Source: Paraphysomonas bandaiensis
Lineage: Eukaryota > Protista > Chrysophyceae
Direction: 5' to 3'
Assembly (NCBI GenBank): GCA_965644295.1
Contig: CBFFRP010000258.1
Location: forward strand, 1 to 64,000
DNA length: 64,000 bases
This document shows, in pieces, positions 1 through 10,613 of this stretch. Below the pieces are notes generated by a model. The model saw nothing but the letters and a program-made list of their open reading frames with translations, was not told the DNA's origin and did no database searches. The position numbers were made by a program, and so were the translations under genes. Each line of letters opens with the position of its first letter. The stretch's first letter is position 1.

Positions 1-9
1 ACGTAAAAA

Positions 10-268
10 TTATTTTGAATAGAATAAATTATTTTGATAAATTATTTTGATAAATTATTTTGAAAAAATATTTTGAATAGAATAAATTATTTTGAAAAAA
101 TATTTTGAATAGAATAAATTATTTTGAAAAAATATTTTGAATAGAATAAATTATTTTGAAAAAATATTTTGAATAGAATAAATATTTTTGATAAATTATT
201 TTGAAAAAATATTTTGAATAGAATAAATATTTTTGATAAATTATTTTGAAAAAATATTTTGAATAGAA
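10..268. repeat. AT-rich degenerate tandem repeat, unit ~32 bp (TATTTTGAATAGAATAAATTATTTTGAAAAAA)
   Basis: Repeated TATTTTGAATAGAATAAAT / TATTTTGAAAAAA blocks are read directly; there are no unique spacers. Confidence 0.9.
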
Positions 269-413
269 ACTGGCATTATGGCACTGGATTTTTATAACAT
301 AACCATCACTGTTACAACACCACCATCATCATCATCACCATCACTGTTACAACACCACCATCATCATCACCACCACAACTGGCATTATGGCACTGGCTTT
401 TTATAACATAAAC
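268..413. repeat. Direct duplication AACTGGCATTATGGCACTGGnTTTTTATAACATAAC flanking two CATCACTGTTACAACACCACCATCATCATC units
   Basis: Copies at ~268-303 and ~378-413, with internal CAT/CAC-rich duplicated units. Confidence 0.85.
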
Positions 414-756
414 TATATAATAAATTTTATTTTATAACTTTTTCTAATTTTCATAAAAGCCAAAATGCCAGAAAGCCAAAAAGCCAAAACTATATTTTTA
501 TTTTATTATAAGATAATTATTTAATATTATATAAAGTAATTAATTTTTATTTAAAGTATAGTATTATTAATATAATTATATAGGCCATAATAATTATATT
601 TAAAGAGAAAAGGAAAGAGTAATAAAACGAAGTTTTATTACGATACGAGAGCCCTTCTGGCTCAGGAAGAATGCCTAAGCGGCTTAGAGCGACCCCTCGG
701 CCCTCCGCCTCTCTGTGTGTATATATAATATGTGCTATATAATAATTTAAAATAAA

Positions 757-930
757 TTAAAGCTTTTTCTTAATTCTTTTTTTCACAGATGTGGCCTTTT
801 TGTTTATCTTCTTGGCTACCTCCTTACGCTTGTTCTCTGCGTGCTTTGTTACGTCTTGTTTAGCTTTGTTTACTGTTGCTCTCAAAGCTTTATTAATCAG
901 TTTGTTTACTTGGGCTTGATTCTTCGGCAT
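757..930 (-). CDS. Small Lys-rich basic protein (57 aa, MPKNQAQVNKLINKALR...KKRIKKKL) in an AT-rich island; function unknown
   Basis: Intronless ORF with an ATG preceded by TTATTATAT and a strongly basic, helical composition. An alternative start at 984 is possible. Confidence 0.45.
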   Translation of the reverse strand: MPKNQAQVNKLINKALRATVNKAKQDVTKHAENKRKEVAKKINKKATSVKKRIKKKL

Positions 931-1051
931 ATATAATAAGTGTATATATTTTTTTACAGGATAATAGGGAGTAAAATACGGCATGTCTATATATAGTGTT
1001 AAACAGGTCTGTTGTTCCGTCTATCTGTTGTAATTGTTCGGTGTTTAAGTC

Positions 1052-1122
1052 AGGGTTGGTTGATTGTTTGGTTAATAGGGTCGGTTGATCGTTTGGTATA
1101 AAGGGTCGGTTGATCGCTGGGG
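1052..1122. repeat. Three ~25-bp direct repeats AGGGTCGGTTGATCGTTTGGT (iteron-like)
   Basis: Read directly, upstream of the small basic ORF. Confidence 0.75.
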
Positions 1123-1749
1123 TTAATATGTATAGTATTATTTTATTTTGATTGCATTTTTTTTGACATTTTTGTTGAAAATATTTATTTCTGATATTTA
1201 TTTTTTAGAAAAAAGTTTTTTTTTAAGAAAAATGTTGTAAAAAATGTAGTGTATACTGTTGCAAAATTTGTGAAAATAACATTTTTTTTGCATTTTTTAT
1301 TGTGAAAGGTGACACGACATTTTTTATGTAAAAAAGTGTATAAAAAAATGTAATGTACAATATTGGAAGCACTTGTACGTGATACACAGCGATACCATAG
1401 GGGTAAGGGTCAGTATAAATTAATAGTTTTTATGGTCACGGTTAACACGGCTAGGGTCGAAGACCCCCCCCCCCTCTCTCTGTGTGTGTGTAATAATGTG
1501 CAATAGTGAAATCCACTCATAGCTGTAACGGGTGAGTATAGTTTCAAGAAAGTAAATTCAGCTACTGATTACTGATGTGTGACTATGTATGATATTGGAG
1601 TGATGTGAACATATTATAAGCAAATGTTTCTGTGAACAGATGATAACCACTAGAAGTTACATAAATATATTGTGAAGTGTTGAAATTGATCATTATAATT
1701 CTTACTGGAAAGTACATTGTTTGAAACAAAACAAGGTTAAGGTATACGT

Positions 1750-2300
1750 GAAGAGCAAGGTTAACTTCAGTGTAATATCCAACTCTAATACGCCTATCTT
1801 GGTAGTTCTTAGCCTTTTGTTGTAGTTATTCTGCTATTTCTAACTATTTGTGTACAATATCAGTTTACATGGAAATTATTTTAACAACAATCGCCTTAGA
1901 ATCTAATATTTTCACTTCATTCAACATATTACGACGCCATTCGATACATCTACTTTTACCAACACAACTTGGTGAAATCACTTTATCAGGTTCCATCATC
2001 ACAACTTTTACTGCAGTGTAAATTCTAGACTGTAGTGTAGTATCATTGGATGTAACGGTTGCAACTAGACCTCTGTCTTGGGAGGGGGTCACGCTCTGCT
2101 CATCCAGTATTGTATTTCTCGATGCCCCATCTGGCGTGAGATAGGCCCACGGCCTTCTGAAGTAAATAATAGTCCATCATACCAACGCATTACTCAAGAT
2201 GCTCTACCTCATCTTTAGTTCCTCTTGATATGATCATCTACTGGGGAGTAGAACCTTCATCATTCCCTTACCATTATACGGTTCATATACTGCAGACAAT
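1750..2300 (-). pseudogene. Possible highly decayed Ty1/copia pol fragment
   Basis: EPDKVISPS...EWRRNMLNEVKILDSK resembles the copia EPxxxxEA...WxxAMxxExxSL block, and a downstream NYQDRRIRVGY loosely resembles YKARLVAxGY. Many stops. Confidence 0.3.
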
Positions 2301-2701
2301 AACAGGTCTGTTCTTATCCTTTTGATAAATAAACAACTTCATTTCAAGCGTTTCAACTCACAGGTGTGTATGAACACATGAAGAGATCTCTCCTCTTTAA
2401 TTGAAGTGAGCAGACAACGAGAATTCATTCTGTTTTCTAGTTAAGTAAGCAAGAACTCACTCCATATAAAGTACAGGCAGTGTCAGGCCGTATCATCAAC
2501 TGTATCGGAACACGTGAAATACGACTTTGGAATACGGGCTGTACTCTGCACCACATACTGCAGGAATATGTTCAGCAGTGTACAGTAGTGTGCTGTATAT
2601 ACAGAGCAGTGGAGAGTTGCGATGCATGGTATGCTCAGTTGATGAGAGAGTTCCATACAGAAACAGAGACATAGAAAGCTCATAGTACCACTATATCAAG
2701 T

Positions 2702-3774
2702 ATGAATAAATATATCCTGAGAGCAGCTGTTTCAGTAATCATCGCCCCCGCCTCTATAGTATTCTGTGACTCGAATCATAGAGAAAAGTCCTTAGAAGAT
2801 AATATCTTACAGGTAGCTGGAAGACTCAAGTCAGGGATCGATGCCAATAATTTACTGTGTCGTCCTAATAAAGATGGTGTTGAAATATGTACTCTGAAGC
2901 GAGCAAGTTATCATAAGAGTGGGTTCCCGCATTTTCGTGTGGCTCGGGCGCGTATTCATGCCCCTTTAGAAGAGGTTTATATATATGTCAGCGTGATATG
3001 TTTATTAACGTATAGTAGGTGTCATCTCTGTGGCAGAGTCAAGGAGCACGAAAGAATTGGGACAGTAATTACTGTGACGATAGTCAAGTCGTAAAGGAAT
3101 ATAACAGTGAAACTTCACTAGCATATATACGCGGCAGACCGGGTTATGTTATTCCTGCTCGTGACTATGCTTTCCACATATGCCGAGTACCTGGGGGGAT
3201 AGTTGGGCTAAATGACTTTATGAGTGTTGCATTTATTAATGTGGATGCAGCCAATGCGGTACCAACTTGTGGTACAGCGTGGGCAGTCCGCGGTAACATG
3301 AATAGCATTCTTCTTCTCCGCCCTGTTAATGCAGAGATAACTGATGTAACATATATTGTTGAGTGTTCAGTAAATGGGTGGATATTTCCATTTGTAGCGG
3401 AATATTTTGCTGATACTATCGTAAAAACTTTAACCAACATGAAGAAGGAATTGGAAGCTGATGAAAATTCTGAAGAAGCCACGGCTTCAATCGAAGAAGC
3501 CGCACGCCTTAGATTCCAGCGTCACCTTGCCCAGAAAGAAGAAAACAAGGCAACAACGATTGTCAATGATATTACTTCGAACCCTGAAGATCTTCAAGAA
3601 ACTTTAGCCATTTTGCAGCGGCGATTGAAGGAGATTCAAGCATCGAAACGCACTGATGGCATCGACCTGTCTCGTCTTGAAGATCGTGTCAAAAAGGATA
3701 TTGCTCACATTACTCATAGGCTTCAGCAGCATCGCAACTCTAAATCAAACTACGAATCAAGTAGCTGGAAGTAA
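2702..3774 (+). CDS. START-domain (StAR-related lipid transfer) protein with a C-terminal coiled coil; intron ~2974-3018
   Basis: The spliced ORF gives RKNWD, PARDY, VRG and ITDVTYIVECSVNGWI motifs typical of START domains. A GT...AG intron joins the two ORFs. Confidence 0.8.
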
Positions 3775-4718
3775 GTCGGGTAACATTCGATTGCAGCGAT
3801 AGACCCTAACGTTGCCGCTTTTTAGTTGCTGATGCTTGTATTATTTCGTACGCCTGTAGCACCATGCATTTTCACATTTTGTCAAAGTTTCATGTGAAGT
3901 TCGTGATTAAATAAGAAGAGTGTGTAGAAGTGATGTACTGTATTTGTTTCGCATTGGATTATTTGGAGTTTGTGAGTACTGGAAAATGGAAATATTATCG
4001 TACCTGTTGAGTTTTGCTGCTTGAGAGTTGAGAGCAATTAAACGCTGTAGTTCTTAAGTATCTTAAGTATGACTATCTAAGATTGTATGGAAAATGGAAT
4101 TGATTAGTAGTTGAGACAACTGAATTTGGCAATTGACAGTGATTGACAAGTGATATTGGTCATAAGCTTATTTTAAGTTACTATATGTTTCTAACTTAAA
4201 ATCTCAGAATAGAGTGAAATCTTGTTCATCTATGTCATTTTCTCTCCTTGCAAGCAGCATTTTGTATAGAATTATGTTAAGAGGTTGAATTCAATATTAT
4301 GTAGTCACCGTATATACACCTTTGTTCGGGAACTGTGAACAATATCTTCTTTTTTTTATATTCTACAAGTTTGTTTCACATATTCATAATTATTCTACTG
4401 TTGCAAATTACGTACTAACACACTAGCAACAAGCAGAGATCAACAAGCGAAATCATTTGGCACAAAGAGACTACCAATTATATATGCATCCGACACACGG
4501 AAGATGCTAACCAAATCTTGACACAAATACACTATTCGACAAATTCGTAGGTTTCATCATATACTAAAACTTACGCTGTAATATAAGTGTGATAAACAGT
4601 ATGCACTATCTAGTATGCTGTGTGCTGTGTTAGATAACGACATAATTTATACTTGAACTTAGTAAGAAAGCTTTGATAAAAACTTTAAGCAGAACAATTA
4701 TATGAGATATCTTCAACT

Positions 4719-4951
4719 CATGTTATCTCTACTACACCAATCACTTATACTACGATCTTACGTCGTCTTTTTATGTTGTACCTTTTGTAAAGTCAATATA
4801 TTTCAGTTTCACTACTACAATGGCTATCATATCATTGGTTCTCATAATACGGTTAGCTACTTCTGTATTCTTTGAGTAACGGTTATAATTCAAATTTCAA
4901 ATATCTTAGAAACTACAGCGTTTAATTGCTCACAAACAGCAAAACTCAACA
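4719..4951. repeat. Dispersed AT-rich repeat family 2 (other copies 39433-39657, 54949-55222, inverted fragment 4004-4060)
   Basis: Shared blocks TATCTCTACTACCAATCA..CGATCTTA, TTTCAGTTTCACTACT and ACTACAGCGTTTAATTGCTCnCAAAnAGCAAAACTC. Confidence 0.8.
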
Positions 4952-4981
4952 TGCTGCGTAAACTCATATATTCGTCATATT

Positions 4982-5389
4982 GAAAGTCTTATTATTAGCA
5001 GTAAGGTTAAAAACCTGCACCAACTTAGTAGCTAGATGAATGCTAGACAAACTAGTTAGACCTCTACCTGTAACTAATTAGTACACACTTCCGCTCTGAG
5101 TTCTTAAGGTGAACATCCCGGATGCTTGACTTCAGCAAGCAGCCCAATACCCCGGTTACCCTTCAGGTGGGCCCATTCCCGCTTGCCTGTTTATTCGTCA
5201 GGGCCCAAAGACGTCTACACAAGTAAAACTTATTGGTGTCCCTTGTACCACACAAGCATTCGGCTATGAGTGGGCAGAAGAATATCTGCTGACTATGTTT
5301 GCGGCTTACGTTAGTTTCCCAGAGAAAATCTCTCCGGTACTTATCCCCCAGAACACCACGAAAAGGTGCGAGTCCGACTTTGTTGAGGG
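4982..5389 (-). mobile_element. Non-autonomous non-LTR retroelement (SIDE/SINE-like), copy A
   Basis: Clear similarity to copies at 13936-15202, 39734-39963, 40196-40492, 43621-43948 and 55355-55822. Confidence 0.8.
5301..5389 (-). ncRNA. HDV-like ribozyme fold at the 5' end of the element, copy A
   Basis: RNA: CCCUCAAC(P1) AAAGUCGGA CUCGC(P2) ACC(P3) UUUUCGU(L3) GGU(P3') GUUCUGGG(P1') GGAUAAGUA CCGGAGA-GAUUU-UCUCUGG(P4) GAAA CUAA C GUAAGCCGC(P2'). Confidence 0.65.
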
Positions 5390-5624
5390 CATAGAGTCGT
5401 CATTTCGTGTTAAGTATGGAGTATGGTTATGACGTAATAGAGTCTCTAGTATTGATCAAAAGCTCGCAAATACACTAACATGAAAGATGAATCCATGCAC
5501 TAAGCAATTAGGTATGGCCGTGTAAAAATATCATATTAGCGTATATTACTACTTCTACATATGCAACAAAAATATGTACAAATCATACTACAGACAATGA
5601 TGACCCACTGTGAGTCCCAGTACC

Positions 5625-8600
5625 CTATTTGAGTTTTTGTGCCACTGGTTCCAGTGTAACAGAAGCCGCATACTGTTCATCTTCAGTGCGATACCTTGCA
5701 GGTGACTTTAAAACATCGATAACGTATGAGTTAGAAGTAAAGTGGTATGGAGTTCCTTGATAGGAATGCAGTTCCACCAACTTGGAAGCCAACGACGACA
5801 TTTTCGTAACGTTAACAATGCCCTTTGAAACAAAATTGGGCAGCTGCTGAATATAAATGATGTCTTTAAGATACAAACCCATGTACGGTAAACAGGGTGG
5901 CTGAATAGTCGTCCTTTTTAGAAACTGTCTGAACGCAATAAATCCGGACTTCGACGAAAATAGCGCCTTAAGTTCACTATGTCTTGTTGTTGCACTGGAT
6001 TTCAGCTGGTCCCATGCTTTTCGGAGTCTATACACGCTGGTAGACTCTAGTACTGTCAATACCTGAAACATTCCGTTGTAGTTACGAATACGCTCCATCC
6101 AGGTAGACATCTCGAGAAGGAAGGCGATCTTTTTGCTCGCCTCTCCTGTATCAGGACTACCGACAACCTGAGATATCATCCAATCCATCCAGTGAATCTG
6201 AAATGCCTGGAGTTCCTTCAAGTTTGCGTACGTCTCTTGCTTTGAGTCGATGAGCTCGGTGCGTTTCACGCGGCAGAACAAATTATGCTCCAAAAGAGTA
6301 ACTTGTTCAGCAACCTCAACGGGTTCGAGATCAAGAATATTAAACTCTATCGCAACCGAACCATTTCCTATATGGACCGCAACTGACGAGCGGCGTTCTC
6401 TAACATCTACAATCTCCGGTTGTTCAGACTCTCCGAATCCAAATGACATACTGGTAAACAGAACAGTGCCTCTTTTACGAGGAGGTGCTGTCGATTTAGT
6501 GGATACCCTTTTGGACATAACAGAGTTTTTCCGCTGAGCACACCTATCACGGGCGACAACCAGTACTGACTGCTTGCGTAGAGCAGCGCGGGGGGGGGCT
6601 CTAAATTCATCGCTGTCCTCAACCACCATATCTGGTAATGGCGTGTTGAACTGGGAGTCTTCGAATTTCAAAAAAGGTGCAAAACTATTCGGGTCAAACT
6701 CGTTTTCGACTAAGTCCCCACTCTTCAGCATGACTTCTTCCAAAAATTTTCCCATGGCAGCCTTCAGACTACTATCCCGTTCAAAGTCATCCTCATAGAA
6801 ATCCACACACCATATCGTCAATAACTGGAGACATCCTCGAAGAGAAGCAACATTGCAATCAACATCTGTATTCTGGTCAGGATCAACAGTGCTTGACGCA
6901 CGATTCACTGTAACAGTAGATTGGGAAGAGCTTCGTTCACTGGTTTCGCTCAATGCTGAAAGGTAGGTATTAAAACTTAAACATTTATCAAAAGGTTACA
7001 TACCAAGTGATGAGTTCTGCCTCTTAGGAGAGGTAGGAAAGTCGATAACTCCTTCCACGCTAGCTTGCTTCTCAACAGACTTCATAGTGTGAAATATCGA
7101 GGGTAGGCTCTCGTGGTGCTTTCTGGCACTGCTTAAGGAGTGAATCGAGCCTCTGGTACCGTCGTCGATATCGATGGACCCTACTTCACTGTCGTTGACT
7201 GACAGCTCTTTGTGAAGCTCTTTTATTTGACTCAGAGATTGGGATTTCCTAGAGTCATTCCCGGAGATTTTATAGTTGGAATTTCCGTGAGCAAAGGTGT
7301 ATAATGCACCAGCAAATACTTCACAAAACGTATTCTTACACGTTTCAAGCAAGTGTTGGACAGATGATATCGGAGATGTTGAGGCCATATCTTGGAAGTG
7401 AACATGGAGTTCCATGAAGGCTTTTCTTCTCATCATGCGATGTCCGGGCTTACACACCAGCTCGATAGATGATACACTGAAAGCCTCCTGAGGGACAGCA
7501 GGAGAAAATATCATTTCATTTTCGGATGGAAGTGGTCCCAATATTGGGTCACCAGATAGACCGTTATCCGACAAACGAATTCTCCAGTTAGATTCGTTGT
7601 TGTACTCCCTAAATACCACTACGTCACATAATTGTATGTAGCGCCTTCCACAGAGAGCAACTATTCGGTCGTGAAACATCTCCAACCCACATACGGCGGA
7701 AAGACTACTTATAAATCTATCTAATATCGTATCAATGTTATCGGCCACAACCCGCCCAAGCACAACACTGCGAAACATAACATTTCCCGAGCACTCCAAA
7801 CGGATATATGAGTCTACACCCTTGACAAATGTCAAAGGTCCCTCTAACCCCCTATTTTTCTCTGCCTCTATGTTATTCCCGGCAGCGGCAATCGATGAAA
7901 TGCGGAAAGATAGATGTTTGGGCTGTACCGGTGGGATCAGATCTGTATTGCTCATACCCACATTGTCAGAATCAGCATTCAGCTTTTCCATATACTCCGC
8001 CTCCATGAGGCGGAGTTGAAGATATATCTGCTTCGGATCCATTAGAAATATACCAAGAGAATACACCCAACTGTTGACAATACTCACGACTTCCTCATGC
8101 ATAGAGTGGAGCATGTAGAACCTCAGGCGTATCAGGAGGAGAAGAGTTGTGGGCTCCATATACAGTCTGTACGTCGCCAACAGGTTGTTTGCCTGATGCG
8201 TCGTAAAATATGGAAATGTGATGATACGCGATACAAGAGCCCAAGGAGTAGCGGTGGCCACTGAGTAAGTTCCAAGTGACTTCGAGTACGAAAAAGTGAT
8301 ATCGCGGCAATTCTGTTCCACAGGAACACTCTTAATTACCCTCTGCACAGCCCCACTGGAACGAAGTGTTTGAAGGCAGTCTGAATAAAGTACTCTCCAC
8401 TTGTTCTTATCACTGAGTTTGCTTATGTGTATCCCTTGTGCCTCGAGTTGAGCAGTAAAGGAAGTATACTCTCGAGAGAAGTCGCCCAGATTATTCGAGT
8501 CGTCAGTGTGGTCTGCATGGCTCTCATCAGATGGAGAGGCATCCTCCAAAGGGTCCGAATTCAAAATCTCCAAATTTCGCTCTGCTACCTCGTACGCCGT

Positions 8601-9952
8601 GTGGCCTTTATGGTCAACCGCATTGACATCAGCGCCACTACTCAAAAGTACCGTTAGAGCCGCCGCATTCCCCGCCGCTGAAATACATATAAAAAGTTTT
8701 ATGAAAATTATCGGTAACTATTACCTGCGGCATAATGTATTGCCTGTCTTCCAAACGCATCTCTAATTTTAGGGTACGACCCGCGTGCCAGCAAGAGTGC
8801 AACAATCTCTTTGGATATTGTCGGCTGCTTCGTCACTGCAGCAGCATAGCAGAGTGCAGTAGCTCCGTACACGTCCTGTATATCCGCATCGACGCCTCCA
8901 TTGAGTAGAGAGACACACCCGTAGGTAAAACCCGTCATGCAGGCGTAGTGCAGTGCTGTTCGCCGTTGATTATCACATGCCTCTATATCAGCCCCTCGGT
9001 CCATGAGTTCTCGCAGTAACTCGTCGTTTTTGGGCTGGCAAGCAAGCATTAGAGGGGTTTGTCCTCCCGACCAAGATGCCCGATTGACTCTGGCACCTGC
9101 ATCCATTAATTCAATCGCCGCTAGAAAGTCCCCCCGTCTACAGGCGGACATAAGAGGTACGATTCCCCTCTCGTCTTGCACCTCGATATCAGCACCATGC
9201 TGAAGTAGTATAGCGACAATCTCCTCATCGAATGTTATGTGCAGTGGCCGCTGGTAGGTGCGGTCCGGAATATTGACGACATCTTTGGCTGACTCTCCTT
9301 GTTGCGTCAAGAAAAGCAGTAATTGCTTGATATAATTCAGTTTGTTCGCTAGTACAGCAACATGTAACGGAGGATTTCCGATAGAGTTCCACTTATGCAA
9401 GGCCTCAATTCCCATATACTTGAAAACAGTCTCTATGCAGCTTACACTGCCACAATGCGACATAAAATGAAAGGCACTGCCCTGGTCAGAAAACTTTTCG
9501 TTCTCCAGCATCTCTTTTATATCTCGACAGTGAGTGAGGGTTTCAATAAGGATAGATTCCCTATCACAGGATATAGCGTTACGAATAATATTTAAGCGGT
9601 TGTAAGTACAAGCTTGGCCCAGTAAGGAGCAAAACTGTGCGGTTTGAGAAGAATCTTCAGTTTCAAGAACAACTTCTATCCACCGCCCTACTGAATCAAT
9701 CAAATAAACCGTGCTCGGGTGGTCATTGGCATCAAATCCAATGAGTGGAGTCAAAGTTGTTAGTGGTATACTTTTCTTTTCAGTCAAACTGCTTGAATGA
9801 AAATACAATAAGTCAGTTAAGGTAATAACAACCCAACGCTTCTTTCGTTTCTTAAAATTCGATTGATTATATATCGGAGTGAGTTCGACCTCATCTTTTG
9901 CCTTCTGTATCCACACCCAGCCTGCATACCTGTTATCAGCCGTATCATTCAT
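5625..9952 (-). CDS. PH + ankyrin repeats + REM + CDC25 RasGEF protein; introns 8678-8724 and 6956-7003
   Basis: N-terminal PH-like segment (YAGWVW..KKRWVVI..LLYF), multiple ankyrin repeats (TPLMLAC, TALHYAC), REM (LLATYRLYMEP), and CDC25 motifs (VAEQVTLLE, NYNG, PCLPYMGLYLKDIIYI). GT-AG introns restore the frame. Confidence 0.88.
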
Positions 9953-10613
9953 AATTTGTCAGATTCAATGCATGTAAGTTTCTGTCAAATTAATTAATAC
10001 CGATATGACTTCATCACTCATTAGGAATGCTAATAAACTAAGAGGGATGGTTGTTGTTATGATGTGGATAGGAGGAGATTACACTTCATGGTTAGCGATT
10101 TTATATAAGCCTAGAAATACAACAAGTACAGCACTCTTGTGGGTTCGTGCCTAAATTTACGTACACAGAGTAGAGTGAACATACTGCTGTATGTGACATA
10201 CTGTACGTAAAATATTCAAGGAACATATAAAATCTGGATATTTTTATAAAATCTTAAAAATGTTATATAGAATGTACTCTGCTGTAGGAATTTCTACATC
10301 CTTGTCTTTCAATCATCAAAGTTCGTTTTTCCGCTGTATGAATATCTGAATATTGAGTGATTAAAAGTTAAAAAACAGCCGAAATATAGATATACTCCAT
10401 CCCGATTCAGCGGTTTTGATTGGATGTGTTCTCCTGACTTCAGTGGACTTGTGAATGGATGAGGTGTACTCTACCTCCTTATCTTCACACTGTTCACTCT
10501 CTCTAACTATTATCTGATTTCATTTAATCGAATTTATAACGGGGATATACATACGTCTTAAGAGTCTCTTTATTTCTGATTAATATTAAGTTTGGTTGTT
10601 GACCATTGACGTT

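Noticed and set aside
10-413. CRISPR-like array
   Set aside because: The units are tandem and degenerate with no unique spacers, there are no cas genes, and the context is eukaryotic.
555-1145. CRESS-DNA virus origin nonanucleotide (TAGTATTAT at ~559 and ~1133)
   Set aside because: It mismatches TAGTATTAC, has no flanking stem, and no Rep gene is present; expected by chance in AT-rich DNA.
5180-5215. Hammerhead ribozyme core (CTGACGA on the minus strand in the repeat family)
   Set aside because: No stem II followed by GAAA, and the CTGA is not conserved in copies E and G.
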